A stretch of DNA of 64,000 nt, taken from the NCBI RefSeq assembly GCF_036321535.1, contig NC_087436.1, forward strand, positions 60,452,001-60,516,000, given 5' to 3'. Each line of letters opens with the position of its first letter. Position 1 is the stretch's first letter. The notes under the pieces were generated by a model. It was not told the origin of the DNA, searched no databases, and saw only the letters and a program-made list of their open reading frames with translations. The stretch comes from Camelus dromedarius (taxonomy: Eukaryota). Position numbers and translations under genes: made by a program. Below are positions 27,584 through 41,851 of this stretch, piece by piece.

Positions 27584-28739
27584 AACCACTTATTTACTAC
27601 AGTTAGAGAAAAACTAACCAAAATACTTTACTTAGCATCATGTAGAGAAAAAAAAGAAATTTGACATCAATAAATATTTACTTCATCTTTAAATATTTCT
27701 ACTTAGAGAAATCAGATCTATCCCCAAACCTTACTGTACTGTACACCCAGAATCGGCCTATTTTCTACCCATATGTCTCTCTTCTCACCCACTCCCCTCC
27801 CCTGCACCCCAGTCTCCTTCCTGTCTTCACATAACTCTCTTCCTGAGAGCCCTGCTCTGCTTTATACTTTCATCCAAATATGCTCACTGACACAGTCCTC
27901 TTCTCTTCCGCAGTCCAAATGACTGGAGCTTTGATTGCTACTGGAGAACTCAGAGAAGCTCCAGGTGCCATTATCCCAAAGACAAAGTCTCTGGAAGAAA
28001 TGGAAGAGTCTCTGTCTTAGCAGTGGTAGCTCTGTGTTCACACAGTTCTTTCTCCCTAGAACAGTATTTCTTCACATTTTCACATCTTTAGTTTGTCTCT
28101 TCTATTTAGGAATTCTCCAATCCATTCTTTTGCTTTATTTCTTTTTAAATTAATTACCTCTACCTTATATTATATAATTTTTAATTGAATGCCTCTGACA
28201 TTAGATTGCTAACAGGTATTTGCCCCCAACCAGTAAATGGGAAATAACAGGCACACCATGTACTCCAGCCAGCATGCTAATTTAAAACTTTGAAATGTCT
28301 TTTCCTATAAAAATAGTGTATACACAGAGCTCACTTGAAGTCACATTTATTGAGTCTCTAATGCCTTCTGGGCATTTGAAAAAGCACTGGGTAGAAAGAA
28401 TAACGGCGTATGTTTCCTGCATTGGAAGAGCGGGGACCCAAATAGTCATAGGTATAGTAACAGAACAGTGTGCACAGTGATGTGTGAATACTAAGGTCAA
28501 TTTCACAGGTCAGGAAAGGTTTTTAAGAGGAAATGATAAAATTTACATATATTTAAAAACTGCTAAGTATGTTTTCAAAAGGCAATAAACATTCACATTG
28601 TATAACATAAATAGCACGCTTTATTCAAATAAGTACAGATCACATTTTCACATTTTCAATAGCAAAGTAGATTTGTCTCATTTACTCTTTCTTTTAAATA
28701 AAAAGTTCATTAACTTAAAAACATTACCAAATATATCTT

Positions 28740-29500
28740 GAAGCCATTTTCTTGTTGGAGGCCCTAACTTCCTCACAGACTTCCCACACAGAGGTCAGAA
28801 AGCCATCTGACTTCCTCTCTCCTTCGGTTCTCACATCCAGACTATCCTTATACCATATCCGTTGCGTCTCCTAAGTTTCTTGTCCATTTTCTCTCTTTAC
28901 ATTTCCGCTGCCAGTGCCTTCTCCTTAGCTCCCATAATTTCTTTGTAGATAATTATCACAACTTCATAATCGGTTTCCCTGAATGTACTTTTCATCCCCT
29001 CCAAACATCTACAGGATAACATTAGAGCATGCTCGCTTTAAGCAAAATGAATCAGATGACACTGACAAATGAAATCGGAAATGAAGACAAAATGAATCGG
29101 ATGACATTTCTCCGTTGTTTGAGCTCTTTATCATTCTCCCATCATTAGAATGAACATACATTCTGAATGTTTGTCCAAATGTAGACAACTTACCTGCTGT
29201 CCTCATGTGATCATTCTAGTGCCTCCTTTTGCTCTCACAAGTGCCTGGTTTGCATAATAAATTATATGAGTATCCTTTTCATTGCCTTCATTATTTAGTT
29301 TGAATTGTATATTTTTTACATAACAGTCTTCATTCATAGTATGAATCCTTCTATTAGGAGAGACAAGATTGATCTCACACCCTAATTTGTCTGCTATAAA
29401 ATCTGAGTGCATCAAAATCATAGATTGTGTCTTAAGTATATTTGTACTTCTAATATTCAACACCATGTTTGGCACTGAATAGACATTTAGGGAGATTCAT
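28740..29500 (+). mobile_element. LINE-2 remnant
   Basis: Pyrimidine-rich L2-like text ending in caccatgtttggcactgaatagacatt, like an L2 3' end. Confidence 0.5.
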
Positions 29501-29609
29501 CAAATTTTGAATAGTTTCATTTAAAATTAAAATTTTGTTATTCATGGTATTTATATGTATCATCCTTAGATTACTGGTTATAGTCATGTGGTTTTGACCT
29601 TCTATTTAA

Positions 29610-30600
29610 CATGTTTATTTACTCTTTCAACAAACTATTATTGACCACCTAATATGTACTAGTTGAGTAATGCCCTAGTAATGCTTGGAGCCAGAGAAAC
29701 TGAAAAAACAAAAATGTAATCAAATAAGGGCATAAGTGTTGCAAAAAGATGCTGTAAGTGGGTACAGTTAGGGCATAAAAGAGGAAGTGATCAAGCATCA
29801 GGGAATAGAGAGAAAAGAATGGCTTCATGAGAGAAAGGACTATTGAGCTGGGTTCTGGAAGGTGAGCCATTGTTTCTCAGATGGACAACTAAGGCGAGGC
29901 TTTTTCAGGCCTGGGCAAGAACATATGAAATAACCATGCACATTCAGGAAGGTGTAACTATTCAGTAGAACTGAGTAGGACATAAAAGGAACCATGGATG
30001 ACACTAGACAGGTACATGGAGGCCAGAGTCCAGAGAGGATTATTGGCCAGTCACTATAAACAGTGGTCAGTCTCTGGTGACCGTCATTTGAGAGAAGGGC
30101 ATGAGAATTACAGAAATTCAGAAAGATCAGCCTGATCCCTTTGGAGAACATACTGAAGGAGGGAGATACTTGCCCTTGGGCCACAAAAATTATTTCAGAG
30201 ATCCAGAAAAATAAAACAGGGTGCAAGTGGAGACTCCACTGTGGAAAAATGGGGAGAGATTCAGTGATGTCTCAAATACTATGGGCATAGATTTGAAGGA
30301 CTTACTGACTAATTGGACATGAAAGATGAAGAAAGAGATGATCATATGAGAAGTTACAGATTTTTATTCTGGAGAGTTTAGTCTTTGGTGTCCGTTGCCA
30401 TTCACCAAAATGAGAAGATCAGGATGAGAAGCAAATATTAGAGAAGTAATAAATAGACAGAGAAAGGGGAGTCTCTAAAGGAGACTAAGAAGCAATACAG
30501 AGGTAGGAAAAAAAAATCAGAAAAGAACCATGTTGTAGAAACTTAGGGCTGGAGGATTTCAGAGTATAGAGGCTTATCAACAGTCACAAATGTTATAGCC
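29610..30600 (-). mobile_element. LINE-2 remnant
   Basis: tttcaacaaactattattgaccacctaatatgt (L2 tail, antisense) followed by purine-rich L2 text. Confidence 0.6.
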
Positions 30601-30908
30601 CACTCTAGAAACTGGAAGGATTGCAAAGAAGAAGAAGTTTATTCAGATTTACATACCTGAGTTCAATAATACCTTAGACAAAACCTTGGCATAAGGTGTA
30701 AATGTTTATTCAGTTACATCCCACATTTATTATAGTTGGTTCTTCTAGTTTTGGGGTTCTGGTGAGGAACTATGAACCCTGATCTGAATGGTCCAAGCTC
30801 TGCCTCAAGGACTCTTGGCTCCAAAGGGCAAGGCAAACATGTCAACCAAGGTAGCCCCTTGATAGAGCAACCACACCTTGGTTGGATATAAATGTGAAGC
30901 TTTTACAA

Positions 30909-31036
30909 GGCCCCAGGCTCAATCCCCAGTACATCCATTAAGTAAATAAATAAACCTAATTACCTACCCCACCTCACCCAAAAAAAAACCCCACAACAAA
31001 ACAAAAAAATAATTTAAAAAATTAAGTTAAAAAAAA
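30909..31036 (+). mobile_element. 5'-truncated camelid-type tRNA-derived SINE (Vic-1-like)
   Basis: ccaggctcaatccccagtacatccattaagtaaataaataaacctaattacct plus A-rich tail; TSD gt(g/a)aagcttttacaa at 30894-30908 and 31037-31051. Confidence 0.8.
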
Positions 31037-33180
31037 GTAAAGCTTTTACAATGTTCTTTATTGCCTTTAACCGTACTATGTTCACTTTCTTTTTCTGAAC
31101 TTTAAAGTAATTTGGGTAGAAATGGTAACTTTATGACACATTTCAATGATTAAATTTAGCCCAAGAGATATTAAAGCTTCAGTAGCATAACCAATTCAAA
31201 CTTCCTCTTCCCCACCATTAGGCCACACCTGTAGCTCCAAAGACCTGTAGAGAGAAGAGGGAGTTGGTGTCTCCAGAGACACTCCCACCCCACCCCCGAC
31301 TCTGGAGTAGGCAGAGGTGAATTTAGGCACTGATTACCTGTATGTGGTGTGAGCACACTGGCCCACTTGCTTGCTTCTGACTCTATCGGTTAGTGGTCGT
31401 CTTTGCTGATACGTGGCTCTCTGTGCGGTGTTTGTGGGCAGTATCACTTTCTCCTGGCCTCGTGTTCCTTATGGAGAAGTGTCATCTCTCACCAGAGGTT
31501 TGCACATTGTAGCCCTACTCCAGGTGCCTCACTGGGGACTGTCTGAAGTGCCCTACAGCTTCCTCTTGCAGCCTCTGTGCTCCTTCCCTGGAGGTGCAGG
31601 AGGTGCTGGAGCGGTACCTCACAGGCCCTGGGGCTGCAGGGACCTGCAGAGGAGAGAGGCTCATCCAGGTCCCCTCAGGCACATACCATCACTGTCCCTT
31701 CAGGGACTTCCGGTGACATGTGCTTTCCACAAGTAGAAATCTCTGAATAAGAAGCTGGCCCCAGTCATTATGTCTCTATCCCCCTTCTAACTCAAAAGGA
31801 TGCATGTCAAAACTCAATTTTGTTGACCACGCCAGGCATATTTGTAGGTCCTTCAGCTCAGCAACCATCCAACTAGGGCAATAGACTCAGTTTCTGGTTC
31901 TGGGCATCTTTGTGAGTGATTTTCTTGGATGAAGCTCCAATTTAACTATCCAGATCTCTCCTTGTCTCAATGGTATAGAATTAAAAGAAGTAGTTTTGTC
32001 TTGAAGTGAATTCTTGAAAAAAATGTCTGACCTCAATTGTTGGTGAATCTCTTTAGAAGGTGAATGCTTACACTGTTCATTCCTCAGTTTGGGGTCTTTG
32101 ACAAAATTCTGGGAATAAGGGAAAGTCACACTCAACAACTTGTTAAATTACTATCAAATGCCATGTTCTATATGATTTTGTATGAAAGTATAAGCAGACA
32201 CAATCTGCACAGGATAATACTGAGGAGGGGGTGATTAACAATAGAGAAAACAAGAGGAAAGAAGTTGTGCAAATCAGAAGAAGCTTCCCAACAGAAGTCA
32301 AGCCTGAGTTGGGTTTTCAAGATTGAATAGGAATCCTTTAAGAAGATTGTGGTGTTTATGCTAAAAATATCTTTTTAATAATCCATTCTGACTACCCTAT
32401 GTAAAATGGAACTTAGGTATGCAGGCTAATACTGTATAGCTTAATTCTGGGAAGCATAAGCAGGTCTATGAATTTGGAAAAGTCACTGGGCAGCTGTTCT
32501 CACTCACACATTCCCTCTCTGGGGCCACATGATTTTACTTTGATTCCTCACTTCTCTCTCTGTAAGTTGGCTCTTTGCTTACTCAGTCTGCTTGGCCAGG
32601 GCTAATCATGGCTACCTCAACAGAAAATTTAGACCGACTTTCCAGTTCAGTTCCCCAAAGACAAATGACTAGCCAGTTCTCTCTCTAAAAATCCCTGAAG
32701 AAAAATGCTGAGTACCTGAACAGGTGTCATGGATCCACTCCTAATCCAATTACATAAGGCCAGGGTGTGACTAGAAAGGGGCAGAAAGTGGTTTGTGGGA
32801 GGAGGCTGTGGACAAAGCAGTCACTGCTTTGAGGTGTGAATGGAAAGGAAATGGTCGGGCAGCTTTCACAGGAGGAGAAAACAAACTTCAGACTAATGAA
32901 GAATTTGGGCTTAGGTGTAGGTTCAAGGAAATTCATTGCATGTTCTGGGAACTCCAAGTTACTGTCTTTTTAATGGTTGCAGCATAATTTGTAAGGATGG
33001 TGGACATGGCAGTAGTTGCGGTAAGAAAGGCATGAGGTTATGCTCTAAAAGTCTCATTTTGAAGTTATGCTTGATTTTATTTATGATGAGGACTGAATCT
33101 ATGAATAGGCAAAATAAGAAACTATCTACACAGTATAATTTAAGAGTGGGCATTAATGGTGGCAGTTAGACAGGGTTTAA

Positions 33181-33990
33181 TTGCTATAGAAAACTTAGGG
33201 GACCCAAAATGATAATGTTCACAAATTTGTGTTTTATTTCAGGGAAGTGACACAATATAGTAACTATATTAAAATTAGTAAATCATCCAGAGCCAAAGAC
33301 TGTCTCCCAACAAGGGGTCCAGAGAGGTTAGGTGTTGGCTCCTCTCCCCTGAAGCAGTGAGCATAAACAGTGAGCATGAGAGTCACTAAACCTCACAAAT
33401 TTTTTTATAGACACTTTGTTCCATAATGGCAAATTCCAGCAGCCCTGGAATTGGCCTTAATTGTTGAACTAGAGTAAGAGATGTATCTGCACGTCTCTGA
33501 CACCTGGTGAACAGCATTGCTCTGTAACCACAAGTCTGAGGTAAATTTCGGGGGAGGAGAACTGGAGGGGATTATATAAACTTGTCGGTACTGTTTGTCA
33601 ATACCTGTGAGCTCAATGATTTCCACCTAGCTTCAGTGAGTTCCCTGGAGAGTTATGTCATTAGGGATGGTTACAGAACACAAATATACCTACATGAACA
33701 GCAGAGTCTAAGAAATTTGACTTGGACTCCATTCACATTCCCTGGTTCAGAGGAGTTCTGTGCATGGATAGATTGCTCCCAATGCAAGAGAGGAAGCAGA
33801 TAGCCCTTCGGCAGGGAGGATAGTAGGAACCCACTCTTGACCTCTCTGGTCCCCTTACTGGAAGACAGTCTTTGGCTCTGATGAATATACTTTCTTTAAT
33901 GTTGTTGCTATATTGTATTGCTTTGCTGAAATGAAACAGAAATTTGTAAACATTATCATTTTAGGTCCTGCAAGAATTTTCTGACAGCTA
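33181..33990. repeat. Long inverted repeat (arms ~33181-33354 and ~33806-33990), probable non-autonomous DNA transposon
   Basis: Left aaaatgataatgttcacaaattt...cagagccaaagactgtct...ccagagagg pairs with right cctctctgg...agacagtctttggctctg...aaatttgtaaacattatcatttt. Confidence 0.85.
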
Positions 33991-36224
33991 CAGTTGGTAA
34001 TAATATTTATTGAATTTAACCGGAGTGGCCACAGTTTAGCTATTCCAACCATGTGCTTATGTTACCTAAAGCACCACAAAGCTTTCCAGTAGCGTGCACA
34101 TTTTGAAGGTTGGTTGATGAATGGGTCTGGACTGCTCCTAATCCTAAGAGCATAATCTACTGTATGGTCAGTGTCAATTGGATGTGGGGCTCCGGGAAGA
34201 AGGTATTTCTAGATAAGAGAAGAAATACTTCCTTAACCTGGTGATGACACCATCACAAAAGGTCTTGAGCCAGTAGTCTTATATAGAGTTATTACTTTGA
34301 GGGAAAAATATCCTTCTTTAACCACTTGAAATGTTATTCTTCTTTCTGGTGAGCATTTCATGTTTACTGAGAAAGTTGTTGGAAGTGGCCATTTGTCATT
34401 TTGAACACTTAAGACCTAGCTTTAAATCTAGCATTATTAATTCAATATTTTCACTTCAGGTTCCTCTGAATTCAGCCTCCTCCCTGGATAGAAGCTGTCT
34501 GGCACTTTGTCCTGTGGGAGTCATTCATATCTGAGGTAAACACTGAGTGTTAATGCATATCAAATCTCCTCTTGCCACTTTGAGATTGTTAACACCTGCT
34601 AGCTCTGAAAGTTAAGATGTTAAATCAGGTGAAAAACATTGCAATATTTTTAAAATTGAAATCTCAAAGAATTGAAGACACAGTTCAAGAATTTTTAAAG
34701 TCTGAGTGTTTTGTCAACAAATATTGAAAAGTAATTTGTTCTTTTAAAGAACAACAACAAATGTGTGAGACAACTGAAGAATTCAGGCAATGGCTCTATT
34801 TAATTACTAAAATGAGTTCAAAGAAACGTAAGACCTATGCATTAATATATTTGACTGTTTCTGAAAAGGGTGTGAGTTAAAACTTTTCTCAACAATTGCT
34901 ACTAAACAGAATGCTTGTTCAGAGACAAATGAGAATTTAATTCGGTATTCTTGATGATAATCATATACTTTAATTTAGACTGTGTGCCAATTAAAAATCA
35001 GAGGGATCTACTGTGAGACTGGCCATTTTGGAAACTAACATAGGTGAGGAAATTATGACAGTTGTTATGAATTCCTACTGATCACTAACCTGGCCATAAA
35101 TACAGGTACTTATATACAAGCATGTGTATTTCTATGTTGACATAGACATACAGATATATATTTAAAAGTGATGTGTTACATGATTTAAAAAACATAACCA
35201 TGCATCAGTAGGAAAACAACTTTTGAACTTTTCACAGATTTTAAACACAAACATTTGAGAAATGAATGAAGAGGAGAAGCAAGACAGGGAAAAGGGAGGA
35301 AGGAGAGGAGGGAGATAGGAAATTGCCCCGGGATAAACAGTGTGAGCACCAACTGCATTTGGAAAATGTTATGTAATAGAGAAGGGACTCATGTTGGCTG
35401 CTAGAGGTTTGAATGATTCTTTCATGTGATGACTGTATTAAGTACCAACTAGGCTAGAAACGCGTTAGCAAAAAAAGCACCAGGATTGGAGGCAGGAGAG
35501 CAAGTTCAAATCTGGGGCTGATACTTAAAGCTTCGTAAGAACTCCATTTCCTTATGTTCCAAGTAAACGAAAGAAAGTAACTGATGATTCAACCTCAAAA
35601 GGTAATATGAGGATTAAATGCTATAATGTAGCAAAGAGAATATTGCCTTCTGTAAGTTAGTGTTCAAGAACTATTATCCCTTCTCTTTTTCCCTGTGGAA
35701 AACAGAGATAGGTTCTTAATCTATACATTTTTTTGTTTGTTTTACACATAGGCAGGGAGAGGCAAGACACTATCTTGAGTTTTTTTAATCTGTGATTTAC
35801 AGAAAATACTTCCAGTTAAATTATCCTTGTTATTTAACTGTGCTGTATTAGATAAAAAGAGCCTTCCACTGTGGAATTCTAAAAGAATAACACTTTTTTT
35901 GCTCATATCCTCTTAATTCAAATTTTTAAATCAGTCACTGAGGCAGAAACTAAAATTTACTTTTTGTTTAATGTTTAAAGCTAACATTGAAAAAATACTA
36001 AAATAATATTGTGCATTTGATTAATTAATATGTTTAATAGTAATGATTTTAGGTATTAAATAAGACCAATAACCTAAAAGCTTTGTTTATTCAGTCTGTT
36101 TTGTTGTTGTTGTTGTTGTTGTTCTCAAGATAAACGTTTTGTAAACTATCCTGTCATTTTACTTTCATTAGTTCAGAATAGTCTTAACTTTGTTTTACCT
36201 AAATCACTCAGCACATCAATGAAG

Positions 36225-36900
36225 TTTGAGTCAGGAAAACAGGAACAGGAGTAGGTTTTTCAACAGAGGAAATTTAAAATAAGAATTAGTTCAATTGTAT
36301 TGAAGGACTGAAAAAGGAAATAATGGGGTAACACAAAGATTAATAAGGGCAAGAAGGAGGTATCACCCTTTAGATTAGGGCAATGAAGGGCAAAGGTTGG
36401 GGTTGTCAGAACCTAAAGTCTTGAAGCAGGATGCTTGCAGAGTTGGCATTCACACCCTGGGGAGAGGGTGCCACCAGGCTGATGCTGGCATCACGGGGGC
36501 TCAGAGCTGCAACTGGACCCATGAGGAAATCAAATCCAGGAGGAGGGAGCATTGCCTGGATGGCTGGTGCTGGTAACTCTGAAGCCCAGGAGTCCCACAT
36601 TGTGGAGCTTTAGACATCTGAGCAGAGTGTGCTGCCCTCCTCATCCTGGAAACCCTGAGAAGAGCAACGAGATTGTTTCTGGAAGTAAAGAAAGAAGCTA
36701 GAGATTAGAACCGATGGCTGCTGCTGGGTTGAAGGTAGATGGCTAGAGGGTGGTGACACTGACAACGGCTGTCAAAGATGGATCACATCCCTTCTCCCCT
36801 GCTTCCTCTATGCCTCTAGGGTCTTCATTTTGCAGAATCTAAACAGAAAATCCACTGGTTAGGGAGCATGATTTGTGGAGTACCAAAGAGAAAAGAAAGG
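36225..36900. mobile_element. Old ERVL/MaLR-class LTR remnant
   Basis: tcaggaaaacaggaacaggagtaggttttttcaacagaggaaatttaa start and ttgcagaatctaaacagaa...ccactgg end motifs. Confidence 0.45.
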
Positions 36901-38149
36901 AAAAATAGATTTAGACATAACAGCAATAATTTTGTAACAGGCAGAATGACATTTCATAAGTTTAGCAAAATCTTCTCATTATCAGTTTTGTCCAGCAAAT
37001 TCAGTTATCTATGGATTTAATGTGTGCCTATTTGTAATACTCCATCAACAAAGAACTGAGTATATGGTGTCCATGGAAAACAAATTAATATCTTAGTATA
37101 ATTTTCAATTCAATATTAAATACCTTGATTTAAATACAATCAGAGAACTGTTGAATTATCATCATCTGTTCAATGGATTACCCACATATGAAGATCTAGT
37201 GGTATTTGGCATGAATTCTGGTAAATTATTACTTTTTATCAAACTTCAAATATTCATTAATAAAATATACTTTGTTTTAGGACTCTGTAAAATGGTAAGT
37301 GTTTGATTACTATAAATTATTATAATTAATAAATTATTATTATTGTTATTATTATTATCTGCTGCATAAATACCCTCCTATGGTATAAGTTTATGCGGCA
37401 GAATCCTGTATCTTGAGTCTGCCCAGTGTTGAAATCAAGCTCCTCTATTTACTGTGTCCAATGATGGAAAATGTGACAGTGATTTGCTCAGGCACATAAA
37501 TGTTTGATTTTAGTGTGTAAAGAGACTAGCGCTTCATGTTGCAAAAAATTGTTCCTGCTTCTGTAATCATCTCTGTTCCTGGTGCTTCTTTTCAGCCTAT
37601 GACACGGCATTTATTTTAAAGTTTCACTTGAATTACAGTTTTGTCACCGAGTACACACAGAAAAACACAAAGCACATTATACTGCAGCTGGAAAGATAGG
37701 AAAGTTGAGGACTATAGTACAAAACTAACACAGTAATCAGAGAAGTCTAATTTTTCCCAAAGGATCTATGAATCTACACCCTACTGGATGGCAGCTTTCA
37801 CATTTTCATTTTCTTTTCAGAGTTTCCAATAACTCTGTCTTTGAAAAGTGTTTTTGCCAGGATTGATAGCTGCAGAACTGAGTCTGGGAAATAAATAATC
37901 CAGCATCCAGGTGAAAAGAATGGAGAAAGATGAGTGAGTTCTTTAAAGTTGTTCTTTCCTATTTTCATAAGTTTCTTCACCCTACATAAATAAATAATTT
38001 TACTGTCTGGATAAATTTGTTTTATTAACAAGAGAACAGGAATAATAAAATCAGTAAAGTAGAAAACTGGATTAAAAAAAAAGAATTAAAATGGCTGAAT
38101 CAAACTTATTCTAGTGAAAATATCAAACAGCCAAACTAGATGCTGCAAT

Positions 38150-38962
38150 AATTTTTTATTGAAGTATAGTTGATTTACAATATTATGTTAACTTCAAGTG
38201 TACAGCATAGTGATTCAGTATCTTTACAGACTATACTTCACTAAAAGTTATTACAAGATAATTGCTGAAATTTCTTATGTTACATAATGTATCTTTGTTG
38301 TTTATCTATTATATACATAGTGGTTTGTATCTCTTAATCCCATACACCTAATTTGCCTCTCCCCTCTGCCCTCTCCCCACTGGTAACCACTAGTTTGCTT
38401 TTTATATCTGTAAGTCTGTTTCTGTTTTGCATATACGTTCATTTGTATTATTGTTTCAGATTCCACATGTAAGTAATATCATATAGTATTTGTCTTTCTC
38501 CGACATATTTTGCTAAGTATAATATTCTCTAGGTCCACCCACATTGCTGCAAATGGCAGAATTTTATTCTTTTTATAGCTGGGTAATATTTCATTGTATA
38601 GATCTACCACATCTTTATCCATTCATCTGTTGATGAGCACTTGGGTTGTTTTCATATCTTGACTATTATAAATAGCACTGCTATAAACATTGGGGTGTAT
38701 GTATCTGTTAGTATTGGTATTTTTTTTCTGGGTATGTAACCAGGAGTGGAATCACTGGATTATATAATAGTCGTACTTTTATTTTGGGGGAACTTCCACA
38801 CTGTTTTCCGTAGTGGTGTGCCAATTTACATTCCCACCCACGGTGCACAAGGGCCCTATTTTCTCCACATCCTCACCAATATTTGTTATTTGTAGAGTTT
38901 GATGATAGCCATTCTGACATGTGTGAGGTGATAACTCGTTTTGATTTACATTTCTCTACTAA
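38150..38962 (-). mobile_element. LINE-1 3' end fragment
   Basis: tttttattgaagtatagttgatttacaatattatg...ccaatttacattcccacc...tgtgaggtgata; similar to 22356-23055. Confidence 0.9.
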
Positions 38963-40080
38963 TTTTTTCAATAATATTTGAATCACAATCAAAATAATGT
39001 CTAAATCTCTTCACAAATGCAGCAGTCTGCCTTTAGAAAGCTTTTGGAGCAAATTGCCAGCTTCTCAAGATAAATACTGTCAAGATCAAGCAGGGCCCTA
39101 GTCCCCACAGGATTCCTTTGGGTAGGTACACAGTTTCCTACAAGAGGAAACAGTGGGATCCATGCACAGACTGAATCCTGTAGACTAGAGAGAAGAGGTA
39201 AAAAAGTGCTTGAGAACCCCCTGGGTGCTTTCTCTGGACACATGCCAGGCACCAAAGATGTTATAAAGTGGGCGGCCCTCAATTATTCAATAAATAACCA
39301 TTGATTTGAACTGAATATTTAGTAACACAAAGGTCCACAATCAGAATTTCAAAGCCCAGCAAAATACATTTAAAAGACTAATCCCTTAAAATATAAATGA
39401 TACCCTCTATCTTCTGTGCCCTATGTTAGCAGTTAACATGCACACCCTCTACTGAATTGCCTGGGCAGTTTGGAATGGAAAGCCCTATAGGTTAGGAAGT
39501 TTAAGAGTTAATGGATGCTTTTGATCTTCCAGCTGGTTCTAATAAGGGTAGTGAAATCAAACAACACAGTTCTTTAGAACCTGATTGTAATTCAGCTATT
39601 CAAATTCTCAGGCCTCAACTTTGTTTATTACACCAGTTACTTTTAGATTAACCTCCCCAGTCCATGTTTTTAACGAATGACAGCTGAAATGATACAAGTC
39701 ATATGATATTGGATAGGCTGATTTTAGAGCCTTAAATTCAAGCTTCCAAACTTTATCTTTGTGGCACATGTTTATTTTAAAATATTCATAGTGCCAGCTT
39801 TTGTTCTCTGCCCCCAGATTTTGTTCTCCTCCCTCTGTACAAAACAAGCACTTACGAAGGAGGAGAGGGACTGATGCTAATTGTCTGTATTTTATTCCCT
39901 GACATATTTAACTAAGAGAGAGTAGACAAATGGATTAGTGTATATGGTAAAAACCTGGCTTCCCGTCATCTACTAGGTTGATACTAGTTCTACAAACTTC
40001 AGATTCCCTGGGGAAAGTATGATGCTGAGGCTCATTGTGTAGCTATATAGTTTTACTGGAAAATAGAACTGGCACCCTGA

Positions 40081-40476
40081 TGTATTAGTCAGCTAGGGCT
40101 ACCATGACAAAGTACCACAGACGGTGGGGCTGAAATAACAGAAATGTATTTCTCATTATTCTGGGGCTGGAGGTCTGAGATCCATGTGTCAGAGGGTTAG
40201 TTCCCAGTAGGGTCTCCATCTTTGGCTTGTGGATGGCTGTCTTCCTCCAGTGTCCTCACAGCATCTTCCCTGTGTGTGTGTGTGTGTGTGTCTGTATCCT
40301 AATCTCCTCTTCTAATAAGATCACCAGTTACATTGGATCAGTCCTACCCCAATGACCTCATTTAAACTTGATTACCTCTTTAAAGATGCTCTCTCCAAAT
40401 ACAGCCATATTCTCAAGTGCTGGAGGTTCGGACTTCAACATATGAATCTGAGAGGGACATAATTCAGCCCAGAACA
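40081..40476 (-). mobile_element. MLT1 (MaLR, MLT1B/C-like) solo LTR containing a (TG)n tract at 40271-40291
   Basis: tgtattagtcagctagggctaccatgacaaagtaccacagac...ggacttcaacatatgaat...aattcagcccagaaca; TG...CA ends. Confidence 0.9.
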
Positions 40477-41771
40477 CTTGGGATGTTAACTCGACTAGCT
40501 AGTAGTGCCTTGGTAAATGAATTTCTACTGCTTCAATCAACACCAATATTTTAGAAAGAAAAAGTCATGAGAAATCCAAAGATAAAACTGAAAGAGAGAA
40601 AGAATAAGGTAGAAGAGGGAAGGACAAAATTCTGACTAAATGACAGGCTCCCTAATTACGGGACACTTCTATACTCTATCCTCTGTGCATTCAGAGAAAT
40701 TTCTGTATTGCTCCTTACCTTCAGTAAGGGTCTCAACGTGTCCAATCAGAATACACAATTCACATATGGGAAATTTCCTCCTGATGCCTTCTCTAAATCT
40801 GTAAAAAAAGTGAATTTGCATATTTGGCAAGCGTGCAGAAGCTCAACACCATTCCAACAATGACAGAATAATTCGAAAGGATTTTAGATGAGACTTGTCA
40901 TATTATTACTGTCTCTAATTAGCACTCTAAAAGGTATAACATTCTTTCTGTGCAATTAAGCTCTACTCAGAAAGGTGTTAAATTCATTTTTTTTCTTGGG
41001 AAAAGAAAGATGTGGAAGCAATCTTAAGAAGTAGGATTATAGGGATCATGAGGGGGTAAGTCATCCAGGCCAAAACCCTGGTGCTTTCCTAGAGAAAAAT
41101 ACCGTGTAAAAATATTCCATGGATGTTGCCAGCTAGTTATTACAAGCAAGAATTGATAGAACACATGTGCTGCAATATTCTTTTGTTTGGGTAGGAATTA
41201 AAGAGCATCCTTCTCTCTCTGAGAGGGACAAGTGACTCTGTCTAGACGATTCTCCTTGGAGAGCAGTCTTTGAGATGCTGACCTTCTCTATGATGGGGAG
41301 AAGCCCTTGCCTGGTTTCACTGCTGCTCTCCTCTGTCTCTCTGCTAGGTCGTTTGTAGACCCTCATAATACAAGATGCCTGTGAGCCTCTGCTCATGTTC
41401 AGATAAGTCTCTGTGTACCACTGCAAGATGCATCCCTAGCTTTGTAACAAAATCGGGAACCTCGCCACTTGCGACATTCTCAGTCAAGTTTCTAAACTTG
41501 CCAAAGAAAAAAGTGTATTTTAAATACATGCATGCTAAACAAATCTTACTTATATACACATATGTGATCATTAACTAAATATTCTATATATACAAACAAC
41601 ATTGAAAGCACTTCGATTATTTCAATTGAGGACACCCAAGATGCAGCTGGTGGTACTGATGCACTCTGATAGCTCTTGAAGGAAGCTATTCTCACAGAGC
41701 TGCCGTTAATGATGATAGGGAAGGGAATTGTTTCAGATAGATTTTTTTAATGCTTTTAAATATTTTTATTT

Positions 41772-41851
41772 TTTAAACTTTATTTGTTTATTTATTTATT
41801 TATTTTTATTATTATTTTTTTAATGGAGGTACCAGGGATTGAACCCAGGAC
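41772..41851 (-). mobile_element. 5'-truncated camelid-type SINE (Vic-1-like)
   Basis: T-rich tail plus taatggaggtaccagggattgaacccaggac (antisense B-box GGTTCAATCCC); TSD tatttttattt at 41761-41771 and 41852-41862. Confidence 0.85.

Noticed and set aside
40271..40291. (TG)n tract as the ortholog of human NACP-Rep1
   Set aside because: The distance to the ATG (~10.7 kb) is suggestive, but it is a short tract inside an MLT1 LTR without the mixed TC/TA/CA structure; orthology cannot be shown without alignment
41821..41851. tRNA gene suggested by a B-box
   Set aside because: No A-box or cloverleaf; A-rich tail and TSD indicate a truncated SINE
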